NCBI GenBank assembly: GCA_964593285.1
Contig: CAZQHZ010000007.1
Location: 1 to 59,018 of the forward strand
DNA: 59,018 nt
DNA from: an uncultured Methanosarcinales archaeon
Lineage (GTDB): Archaea; Nanobdellota; Nanobdellia; Woesearchaeales; DSVV01
Direction of reading: 5' to 3'
In this document: positions 20,861 through 29,694 of the stretch, piece by piece
Position numbering within the stretch: position 1 is the first letter of the stretch
Layout: each line of letters begins with the position of its first letter
Notes under the pieces: generated by a model
Databases searched by the model: none
Seen by the model: the letters and a program-made list of their open reading frames with translations, nothing else
What the model was told of the DNA's origin: nothing
Position numbers and translations under genes: made by a program

Positions 20861-21667
20861 ATGATTAATTCATGCAAAGAAAGATTTTTAGAAGATAACA
20901 ATGATGCATTATCAAAAAAAATTAAAACTATTTATAGAAAATTATTTTATAATCAAAAAAATGATGATGTAGTTTTTAACCAAATAAATAAATTAGAAAA
21001 ATTATTATTGGACATTAATTTTTCAAAAAATGATGAAAGAAAAATTTTAAATTTTTCATTAAATACTAATATGGTTCCTTTTTTTCAAAAAATTTATGAA
21101 AAACATGAAACAAATCTTGAAAATAAATTTGCTGAAAAAATTTTATTAAATTCTAAAGAAAAAATATCAAATTATCATTTATATAATAGATTTAATACAT
21201 TAATACAAAATGAAATTAAATTAGCAAATATAAGTTCAAAAGATAATCTTTTATTTATTGGCTCAGGTTCATTTCCAATATCTGCAATATTATTTGAAAA
21301 TTATCTAAATTGTAATATTTCTTGTTATGACAAAAATCTAGTGGCTGTAAAAAAATCAAAAGAAGTATTAAAAAAAATGAACCTTGATGAAAAAATAAAT
21401 GTGTATAATAAAGATGGTTGTAATTTAAATGAAAATAATTATGATGTTATTGTTTTAGCACTACTTTCAAAACCAAAAAAAGAATTATTACATAAAATAA
21501 AGCCATTATTAAATTATGATACTAAATTAATATGTAGAACAAGTGATGTTTTAAGAGAATTTTTTTATGAAAAAACACCAATAGAAGAACTTAAAAAATA
21601 TAATGTTGTAGATAAAACTTATGCTAAATATAATCAAACAATATCATCTATTTTACTAAAAAAATAA
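20861..21667 (+). CDS. Nicotianamine synthase-like SAM-dependent aminobutyryl transferase
   Basis: ETNLE..FA, Y.RF..LI.NE, LFIGSGSFPISA, YDVIVLALL..PK, CRT..LREFFY motifs of the NAS/CntL family. Confidence 0.8.
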   Translation: MINSCKERFLEDNNDALSKKIKTIYRKLFYNQKNDDVVFNQINKLEKLLLDINFSKNDERKILNFSLNTNMVPFFQKIYEKHETNLENKFAEKILLNSKEKISNYHLYNRFNTLIQNEIKLANISSKDNLLFIGSGSFPISAILFENYLNCNISCYDKNLVAVKKSKEVLKKMNLDEKINVYNKDGCNLNENNYDVIVLALLSKPKKELLHKIKPLLNYDTKLICRTSDVLREFFYEKTPIEELKKYNVVDKTYAKYNQTISSILLKK

Positions 21668-21819
21668 AAATTTATATTGGATTGTAATGTTTTAAAAAAT
21701 AAAAACTTTCAAAAGGTTTAATAACTTAAAAATTTAAAAACTTTAAAAAATTAATTAACTAAAAATTTAAAATAAAGATATTTTTTATAAATTTTAAATA
21801 AATTATTAAGGTGGTTTTA

Positions 21820-22581
21820 ATGTGTAATGAATGTGGTTGTGATGAAAAATTAGAAAATAGTATTGAGAATAATAAATTTGATATAAAAGAGGAATCAAAT
21901 AATAATAACGAGATAAAAATTGAAAAAAATATTTTAGATGAAAACGATTTAATTGCTGATAAAATTAATCACGAATTTATACATAAAGAAATTTTGTGTG
22001 TAAATATATTAGGTTCGCCTGGAAGTGGAAAGACAACTTTTATTGAAAATATTTCAAAATACTTAGGTTCAGATAAAATTTTTGTTATTCAAGGTGATTT
22101 AGAATCAGATGTTGATAAAATTAGGCTTGAAAAACAAAATATTAAAACATTTCAAATAAATACGCATTCAGGTTGCCATTTAAATTCTGAAATGATTTTT
22201 GATGCATTAAAAAAAATAAATTTAGAGGGCATTAATTATTTGTTTATTGAAAATATTGGAAATTTAGTTTGTCCAGCAAATATTAAATTGGGTCAAGAAA
22301 TAGACATAATAATAAGTTCAACTACTGAAGGATCAGATAAACCAAAAAAATATCCAATTATTTTTAATAATGCAGATGCAATATTAATTTCAAAGATGGA
22401 TTTAGCAAAACATGTTGAATTCAATGAACAAGAATATGTAAGTGATTTAAAACAAATAAATAATAAAGGAGAAATATTTTATGTAAGTTCAAAAAAAGAA
22501 GATTCCTTTAGAAAAGTAGCTGATTTTTTTAAAAAAAATTTAGATAAATTAAAAGAAAAATCAAAAAAACACAACCATTAA
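21820..22581 (+). CDS. hypB: Hydrogenase nickel incorporation GTPase HypB
   Basis: MCNECGC N-terminus, GSPGSGKTT, GCHL, ENIGNLVCPA, EGSDKPKKYP; the track GTG at 21811 is probably part of the SD. Confidence 0.96.
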   Translation: MCNECGCDEKLENSIENNKFDIKEESNNNNEIKIEKNILDENDLIADKINHEFIHKEILCVNILGSPGSGKTTFIENISKYLGSDKIFVIQGDLESDVDKIRLEKQNIKTFQINTHSGCHLNSEMIFDALKKINLEGINYLFIENIGNLVCPANIKLGQEIDIIISSTTEGSDKPKKYPIIFNNADAILISKMDLAKHVEFNEQEYVSDLKQINNKGEIFYVSSKKEDSFRKVADFFKKNLDKLKEKSKKHNH

Positions 22582-22624
22582 TTATTTTTTTATTTTATTA
22601 AAAAAAATAAATAAATAATAAAAA

Positions 22625-23641
22625 TTAACAAATTCGTGGAACAATTCTTCCAGTTGGGTTATTTAAAATTTTTGTTCCAAGTTCTGTTTTTATTATAATT
22701 TTATTATCTTTTGTTACTTCACCGATAATTGAAGCCATTTTATTATATTTTTTTAATATGGATAAAGTTTTGGTGGAATTTTTTTTATTGCAAACACAAA
22801 TAAATCTTCCTTCACATGCAAGTTCATAAACATTTAATCCAAGCATTTCACATACAATTTTTACTTCCTTTTTAACAGGTATATTTTCTTCATTTAAAAC
22901 CATCCCTATTTTATTTTTTTCACATAATTCATTTAATGTTGAAGCAATTCCTCCTCTTGTTGCATCTTTTGCTTGTTTTATTAAACTATTAATTTCTAAC
23001 AATTCATTAATTAATGCTTTAGAATCCGTAATAATTGAAGTTTCAAAATCAAGTCTTTTTGATAAAAGAGCAATAGAATGCTCCCCAATCCCACCAGATA
23101 AAATTATTTTATCTCCAATTTTTAATTCATTATTTAAAATATTTTTATTATTTGCAATTCCAATTCCAGAAGTATTAATGATTATTTTATCAAGACTTTT
23201 TTTTTCAACAACTTTTGTATCTCCAGTAACTATTGGAATTTTAAATTTTTTAGATAATTTTGAAATTGAATTAATTATTTTTTTTAAATCATTTTTCAAA
23301 AAACCTTCTTCAATAATAATTCCTAAACTCAAACCAATTGGTTTTGCACCCATAACTGATAAATCATTTACAGTTCCACAAAATGCAATATCACCAATAT
23401 TTCCTCCTGGGAAAAAAATTGGTGAAATAGTATATGAATCTGTTGTAAAAACAACGTTTTTATTATTACCAATATTAATATATGCAGAATCTTCATCATA
23501 TCCTTGCCATTTATTTTTAAAGTTTCCTAAATTTTTTCTTATAGATGAAATCAGAAATTGCATCTCTTTTCCACCTGAACCTTCAGTTAATGAAACAAAT
23601 TCATCTTTTTGATAATCAATATTATTTGTGTTTTTTTTCAT
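22625..23641 (-). CDS. hypE: Carbamoyl dehydratase HypE
   Basis: GSGG, TTDSY..PIFFPGGNIG, GTVNDL, DATRGG, C-terminal PRIC. Confidence 0.97.
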   Translation of the reverse strand: MKKNTNNIDYQKDEFVSLTEGSGGKEMQFLISSIRKNLGNFKNKWQGYDEDSAYINIGNNKNVVFTTDSYTISPIFFPGGNIGDIAFCGTVNDLSVMGAKPIGLSLGIIIEEGFLKNDLKKIINSISKLSKKFKIPIVTGDTKVVEKKSLDKIIINTSGIGIANNKNILNNELKIGDKIILSGGIGEHSIALLSKRLDFETSIITDSKALINELLEINSLIKQAKDATRGGIASTLNELCEKNKIGMVLNEENIPVKKEVKIVCEMLGLNVYELACEGRFICVCNKKNSTKTLSILKKYNKMASIIGEVTKDNKIIIKTELGTKILNNPTGRIVPRIC

Positions 23642-23669
23642 TTTTAATTATTACTTTATAATTTTCGTT

Positions 23670-24107
23670 TTAATGAGGGTGTATATGTTCTTTTTTATTT
23701 TTATTTAATTGGCTTGTTAAAGTTAATTTACCATGTTCAACACCTTTAGTTGCAAGTATTTTTTTTGATAATTCTTCAATTTCTTTATTTTTTCCTTCTA
23801 AAATTAACACTTCCATACAACTTGTATGGTCAACATGTATATGTAAAGTACTTTTTACAACATCATAATGATGCTGTAGATGTGTTAAATGTCTTTGTAT
23901 GTCCTTATGATCATGATCATAAATAAAAGTTAATGTACCAATACAATTAGAATTTGGATCATTTATTTTTTGTTCTATTAAATAATTTCTTATTAAATCC
24001 CTTATTGCTTGTGAACGGTTATTATAGCCATGTTTTTTAATAATTTTATCAAATTCTTTTAATTGATTAGGTTCAAATGCAATACTTTTTCTATTTATTT
24101 TTTCCAT
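23670..24107 (-). CDS. nikR: Nickel-responsive regulator NikR
   Basis: RHH N-terminus (NRSQAIRDLIR), YDH, QHH and HIHVDHTSCME nickel-ligand motif. Confidence 0.93.
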   Translation of the reverse strand: MEKINRKSIAFEPNQLKEFDKIIKKHGYNNRSQAIRDLIRNYLIEQKINDPNSNCIGTLTFIYDHDHKDIQRHLTHLQHHYDVVKSTLHIHVDHTSCMEVLILEGKNKEIEELSKKILATKGVEHGKLTLTSQLNKNKKEHIHPH

Positions 24108-24156
24108 TTTAAATTTTTATATAAATTATTTTATTTTTTGATTATAAATATATATA

Positions 24157-24510
24157 TTAAATAAGTTCTATTTTTTTTATAATAACTTCTTTTCCATCAA
24201 TTATTTTTGTATTTAATGAATAACATTTGCTACAATAAATATCATCTAATCTATCAATAATTGTTTTTGTATTGCAATCATTACAATAAATAATCCCTTT
24301 TTTTTTTATTATTTTTAACTTTATAATTTTATTTTCAAAAAAATCATCTTCTTTTAGGAGATTTTTAAAATAAAATTTAATTGGCATTGCAGAAAAGGTA
24401 CTTAAATTACCAATTTCTAAGTTAATTGCCATATTTTTATTTATTTTTTTTGAAATTATAATTTCTTTAATTTGTTTAATTAAATTTTTTGTAATATCTA
24501 ATTCATGCAT
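24157..24510 (-). CDS. hypA: Hydrogenase nickel chaperone HypA
   Basis: MHE start; CNDC and CSKC zinc motifs; GKE. Confidence 0.93.
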   Translation of the reverse strand: MHELDITKNLIKQIKEIIISKKINKNMAINLEIGNLSTFSAMPIKFYFKNLLKEDDFFENKIIKLKIIKKKGIIYCNDCNTKTIIDRLDDIYCSKCYSLNTKIIDGKEVIIKKIELI

Positions 24511-24588
24511 TTTTTAGTGAGGTATTTTATTATTTAAATAATTATTTAAAAAAATTATTTTAATTTAGAATTAAAAAAAAGTATTGTT

Positions 24589-24780
24589 TTAACAATATCT
24601 ATCATACAATGCTTGCAGTTTTTGCTCAGCTAATGCAGGTCCAAGCATTCCACCAAGCATTTCTTTACATTGGTCTAAGAAAGCTTTTGGGTCTGTATCT
24701 GAAAACCCATCAATTTTATCTGCACTTGCAGCTCCAAGTAGTCCACCAATCAATGTTTTTGCTTCATCTTTTACGCCCAT
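24589..24780 (-). CDS. Small helical protein (63 aa), paralog of 16331-16522
   Basis: Strong similarity to paralog; unusually GC-rich for this window; lies between hypF and hypA. Confidence 0.85.
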   Translation of the reverse strand: MGVKDEAKTLIGGLLGAASADKIDGFSDTDPKAFLDQCKEMLGGMLGPALAEQKLQALYDRYC

Positions 24781-24884
24781 TTTGAAAATCTTTAGTATTG
24801 TTATTTAATATTAATTTATTTAATTATTTATTTAAATTTATTTTTTAGAATACTATAAAAAGTTTGTTTTGTACTTTGTGGTAG

Positions 24885-27212
24885 TTAAAACTTATTTTTT
24901 AATGAATTTGCAATAATGCATTGACCATAACTAATCCCACCATCGCCACATGGAACGTTTTTATTCAAGATCACTCCTTTATTTAATAAGTACGATGAAA
25001 TTTGATTATTATATGCAACTCCACCAGAAAAAACGATCTTTTTATTTTTGTTATTTTTTAGGAAAATATTTTTTACTTTAGTAATTATATCTTGTTCATC
25101 AAAATTTTTATTTTTTTTTGCAATTAAATATAATCCTTTTGCAATATATTCAAAAGCCATATTTGCTAAATATTTATTATGGTCATTTTGATAGTTATTA
25201 TTTTTGTTTATTTTTCTATTAATAAAAACATATTTGATTAAAGGTGTTGTCATTAATGTATCAATTCCATTTATATTTTTTATAATCGGTTTTAATTTAT
25301 TAAAATCATTTTCTTTTTTTTTGTAATTATGAAAATCATCAGCGAAACTTTCAAGAAGCATAGCACTTCTTGCATCATATGTTGTTTTTTCACATAAATT
25401 AAAAATTGCAGATATTGCATCAATTATTCTTCCAGCACTTGAAGTTTTATAAATATTAAAATTCTCTTTTATTTGTTTTATATATAATTTTGTTTCACTT
25501 TTTTTAAATAATTTTAATTTAATTAATTCTTCTTCATTAAATATTTTATTTAAAATTCCAAAAAGCATTTTTTTTGGATTAACTGCACTAGAATCTCCAG
25601 AAAGCATAATTTGATCTTCAAGTTTTCCAATTCTTTTAAATTTAGAATTATTGTTAACATCAAATATTTCACCACCCCAAATTTTATTATCTTCTCCAAA
25701 TCCAAGGCCATCACAAGAAATACCTATATAATCTTTTAAATTATATTCTCCAGAAACACTTGCAACATGTGCTTTGTGATGTTGAATTTTTATTAATTTT
25801 GCATTTAATTTTTTTGCTAAATATTTTGCATATTTTGTTGTTTCATATTCTGGATGTAAATCACATGTAATTATTTTAGGTTTTGCTTTTGTAATTTTAA
25901 GCATTGTTTGAATATTTTTTTTAAAAAATTCAAAAGTTTTAAAATTGGATGTTGTGCCAATATGCCCTGATAAAAAAGCATTATTATTTTTTGCAATACA
26001 AATTGTATTATTCATTTCAGCCCCAAGTGCTAATGTATCTTTGCATTTTATAGGTAGTTTTATAGGTATTGGAGCAAATCCTCTTGAACGCCTTATAATT
26101 AATGGTTTATTTTGTATTACTTTAATTACTGAATCATCAACTTTATTAATTATTTTTCTTTCATTTGTCAAAATATTTGTTGTAATTTTTTTGTTAATAA
26201 TTTCTTTTTCATTAGTAATTATTGGTTCACCAGGAATATTTGCAGAAGTCATAATTAATGGTTTATTTATAAATTTAAAAAGTAAATAATGCAAAGCAGT
26301 ATATGGCATCATTATTCCAAGGGTATTTAATTCAGAAGTTTCTTTGTTTAATTTTTTATTTTTTTTTTCTAATATTACAATTGGTCTTATTGAAGAAGTT
26401 AAAATTTCTTCTTCTTTTTTATTTAAAATAACATATTTTTTTGCCATATTTATGTCTTTTACCATAATTGCAAAAGGTTTATCATATCTATTTAATGCAC
26501 TTTTTATTTTTTTAATAGCTATGTTATTTAAAATAGAAGTAATATGAAATCCACCAATTCCTTTTATTGCAATTATTTTATTTTTTCTTAGTAAATCTGC
26601 AGTTATTTTTATTTTTTTAATATCATCTTTTTCATTTATTATTTTATTATTGTTCATTAATTTTAATTTAGGACCACAATTTTTACACGCAATTGTTTGT
26701 GCATGATACCTTCTATCTAATGGGTTAGTATATTCTTTTTTGCAAGCTTTACACATTTTAAATTCACCCATACTAGTAAAAGGTCTATCATATGGGTAAT
26801 CTTTAATCATACTAAATCTTGGCCCACAATTTGTACATGTAATAAAATAGTAATTGTATCGTCTATTATTTTTATCATTTAATTCGTCAATACAATCATT
26901 ACATAAAAAAATATCTGCAGGAAGAATGGTTTCTTCATTTTTCGAAGTATTTTTACTTTTTATTATTTTAAAATCATTATAATCTTTTTCATTATATTTG
27001 TCGCTTACATCATTTATTTTTATTTCATTTATTTTTGCTAATGGCGGTAATTTTTTAAAAATATCTTTAAATTCTTTTTTATTTGTTAGTATTAAAACTC
27101 CAGAGCCCGTGTTTAATACATATCCTTTAACATTGTTTTTAATGGCTTCCTTATAAACAAAAGGTCTAAATCCAACACCTTGTACAATTCCTTTTATTTT
27201 AATTAAATACAT
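24885..27212 (-). CDS. hypF: Carbamoyltransferase HypF
   Basis: GIVQGVGFRPFVY acylphosphatase domain, four CxxC motifs, KGIGGFH, QHHKAH, PCGDGGISYGQ. Confidence 0.97.
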   Translation of the reverse strand: MYLIKIKGIVQGVGFRPFVYKEAIKNNVKGYVLNTGSGVLILTNKKEFKDIFKKLPPLAKINEIKINDVSDKYNEKDYNDFKIIKSKNTSKNEETILPADIFLCNDCIDELNDKNNRRYNYYFITCTNCGPRFSMIKDYPYDRPFTSMGEFKMCKACKKEYTNPLDRRYHAQTIACKNCGPKLKLMNNNKIINEKDDIKKIKITADLLRKNKIIAIKGIGGFHITSILNNIAIKKIKSALNRYDKPFAIMVKDINMAKKYVILNKKEEEILTSSIRPIVILEKKNKKLNKETSELNTLGIMMPYTALHYLLFKFINKPLIMTSANIPGEPIITNEKEIINKKITTNILTNERKIINKVDDSVIKVIQNKPLIIRRSRGFAPIPIKLPIKCKDTLALGAEMNNTICIAKNNNAFLSGHIGTTSNFKTFEFFKKNIQTMLKITKAKPKIITCDLHPEYETTKYAKYLAKKLNAKLIKIQHHKAHVASVSGEYNLKDYIGISCDGLGFGEDNKIWGGEIFDVNNNSKFKRIGKLEDQIMLSGDSSAVNPKKMLFGILNKIFNEEELIKLKLFKKSETKLYIKQIKENFNIYKTSSAGRIIDAISAIFNLCEKTTYDARSAMLLESFADDFHNYKKKENDFNKLKPIIKNINGIDTLMTTPLIKYVFINRKINKNNNYQNDHNKYLANMAFEYIAKGLYLIAKKNKNFDEQDIITKVKNIFLKNNKNKKIVFSGGVAYNNQISSYLLNKGVILNKNVPCGDGGISYGQCIIANSLKNKF

Positions 27213-27461
27213 TTTTATATATAAAAATTTTTAAATATTAATAATTATGTTTTTTAAATGAAAAAATTTATAAATAATAGTTATAAAAATAATTTATAAA
27301 AATAGTGTTGTTAATATTTTTAAAATTTTTTTAAAAATAAAATAAGGAAATAATAATATTGGATAAAATATGAAATAACAAAAGTTTTATAAATTATATA
27401 TTAAATATGTATAAATATAAAATTAATATAATTTTTTGAAATTTTTTATGAGGTGAATAAA

Positions 27462-27821
27462 ATGAGTGCGAATGTATTAGTTGTTGATGATTCAGCTTTT
27501 ATGAGAAATATGTTGAAAAATATCATTTCTCAATCTGGAGCAACAGTAGTTGGCGAGGGAGCAGATGGACAAGAGGCAATAGATAAAGTAAACGAATTAA
27601 AGCCACAAATAGTTTTTCTTGATATCATGATGCCAAATGTTAATGGATTAGAAGCATTGAAAAAAATAAAAGAACAAAATCCTGGTGTTAAAGTTGTTAT
27701 GTGTACTTCTGCAGGTCAAGATAAAATAATTGCAGAAGCGGTTGAAGCTGGAGCATCTGAGTTTGTAAAAAAACCATTTAAGCCAGATGAGATAAATCAA
27801 ATAATTTCAAAACTTTCATAA
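27462..27821 (+). CDS. cheY: Chemotaxis response regulator CheY
   Basis: VLVVDDSAFMR, LDIMMP, CTS, KPF; GAGGTGA SD before ATG 27462. Confidence 0.93.
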   Translation: MSANVLVVDDSAFMRNMLKNIISQSGATVVGEGADGQEAIDKVNELKPQIVFLDIMMPNVNGLEALKKIKEQNPGVKVVMCTSAGQDKIIAEAVEAGASEFVKKPFKPDEINQIISKLS

Positions 27822-27878
27822 TTGTTTTATAATTAAAATATAAGTATGGTTTTTATATTTAAAAGAGGTGAATAAATA

Positions 27879-28238
27879 ATGCCAGATATATTAGTAGTGG
27901 ATGATTCAATTTTTATTAGAAATATTCTAAAAGATATGTTACATAGATTGGGTTTTACAAGTCTTGATGAGGCATCTGATGGTCTTGAAGCAGTAGAAAA
28001 AACAAAATCAGGAGAATATAAATTAATTTTTATGGATATAATGATGCCAAGAATGGATGGTCTTCAAGCAATAAAAGAAATCCGAGCATTAAATCCAGAA
28101 CAACAAATTGTAATTTGTACTTCTGCAGGTCAAGAAAAAATAGTAAATGAAGCTGTAAGCAGTGGAGCTAAAGAATTAGTCTTAAAACCCTTTGATTTAG
28201 TTGAAATTAAGCAAATTGTTGAAAAATATTTAATGTAA
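27879..28238 (+). CDS. cheY: Second CheY
   Basis: ILVVDDS, MDIMMP, CTSAGQ, KPF. Confidence 0.92.
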   Translation: MPDILVVDDSIFIRNILKDMLHRLGFTSLDEASDGLEAVEKTKSGEYKLIFMDIMMPRMDGLQAIKEIRALNPEQQIVICTSAGQEKIVNEAVSSGAKELVLKPFDLVEIKQIVEKYLM

Positions 28239-28271
28239 TTTTAATGTTTTAAATCAATTTTGGTGTTTTAA

Positions 28272-29300
28272 ATGATAAATTTATTGATTGTTGATGATTC
28301 AGCATTAATTAGAAAAATAATTAAAGCGAGTCTTGAGGATGTAGAAGGTATTAATGTGGTTGGCTATGCAGTTGATGGTGAAGATGCATTAAAAAAAATA
28401 AGTAAATTAAAACCAGATATTGTAACTTTAGATATGAATATGCCAAAAGTTAATGGTCTTGAAGTTTTACGAGAAACTTTTGATAAAAAACCAATTCCTT
28501 TTTTGATAATTAGTTCAGAGCCTAGTAAGGATTCAAAAGAAACACTTCTTGCACTAGAAGAAGGTGCAGTAGATTTTATTTTAAAACCAAAAAACATTAC
28601 AAATAAAGAAAATTTAGATTATTTTAAAAGTATTTTACTTGATAAAATTTATTTAGCAATAAAATCAAAACCTCATGTTTTTCATCCAATTAAAAAAAAA
28701 GTAGTTCATAAATTTAGCTCAAAAATAAAAAAAATTTTAATTATTGGGGCATCAACAGGAGGTCCTTCAACGATTTCTAAATTATTTTCAGAACTACCAC
28801 CAAATTTATCATTCCCTATTTTAATTGTTCAACATATGCCAGAAGGATTTACGAAATATTTTGCACAAAGACTTAATTTAATTTCACAATTTGATGTAAA
28901 AGAAGCAGAAAATGATGAATTAATTTCAAACAATGTTGCATATATTTGTCCTTCAGATTATCATATGGAAATTTATTTAGATGAAAATAATTTATATAAA
29001 ATAAAATTGCAAAAAGGTGAAAAATTAAATCATGTTAGGCCAAGTATTGATGTTTTATCAAAAAGCGTTGCGCATTTATTTAAAAAAAATGCATTGTTAT
29101 TAATTTTAACCGGAATGGGCAAAGATGGAACTGATGGTGCAAGAAGTATAAAAAAACATGGCGGAATAGTAATTACTCAAAATAAAGAATCATCTATTTT
29201 ATTTGGTATGCCAAAATCAATTATTGATAATAACTTAGCAGATCAAATTATTGATCTTTCAAAAATGTCTGTTTTAGTAATTAAAAAATTGGATGGATAA
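28272..29300 (+). CDS. cheB: Chemotaxis methylesterase CheB
   Basis: Receiver domain plus GASTGGP, VQHMP, RPSID, LTGMGKDG, FGMP. Confidence 0.96.
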   Translation: MINLLIVDDSALIRKIIKASLEDVEGINVVGYAVDGEDALKKISKLKPDIVTLDMNMPKVNGLEVLRETFDKKPIPFLIISSEPSKDSKETLLALEEGAVDFILKPKNITNKENLDYFKSILLDKIYLAIKSKPHVFHPIKKKVVHKFSSKIKKILIIGASTGGPSTISKLFSELPPNLSFPILIVQHMPEGFTKYFAQRLNLISQFDVKEAENDELISNNVAYICPSDYHMEIYLDENNLYKIKLQKGEKLNHVRPSIDVLSKSVAHLFKKNALLLILTGMGKDGTDGARSIKKHGGIVITQNKESSILFGMPKSIIDNNLADQIIDLSKMSVLVIKKLDG

Positions 29301-29302
29301 AA

Positions 29303-29677
29303 ATGAATATGGACGAATTTAAAGAATTGTTTATAGAAGAAGCAAAAAAAAGTATAACTGAAATTGAAAATAATTTAATTTTATTAAAAGAAAATTATGA
29401 TGAAAATGTTATGTTAAATTTAAAAAGACAATTTCATACATTGAAGGGAAATTCTGCTTCAATGGGATATGATAATTTTTTTGAATTATCAAAATCATTA
29501 AATGATCTATCATGCCAGGTTATTGATAAAAAGTTAGAATTTAATTTAGAATTACTTACTTTATTTGATAGTGCAAAAAATGTACTCTTAGATGCATTAG
29601 ATGAAATAAAAAATGATAATTTAACAAATTTTAATGATAATGGATTAACAAAAAAAATACAAAATATGCTTTATTAA
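29303..29677 (+). CDS. Stand-alone Hpt (CheA P1-like) protein
   Basis: FIEEA..RQFHTLKGNSASMGY; own stop codon; cheA retains its own P1. Confidence 0.88.
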   Translation: MNMDEFKELFIEEAKKSITEIENNLILLKENYDENVMLNLKRQFHTLKGNSASMGYDNFFELSKSLNDLSCQVIDKKLEFNLELLTLFDSAKNVLLDALDEIKNDNLTNFNDNGLTKKIQNMLY

Positions 29678-29694
29678 TTTTAAATAATAAAAAA

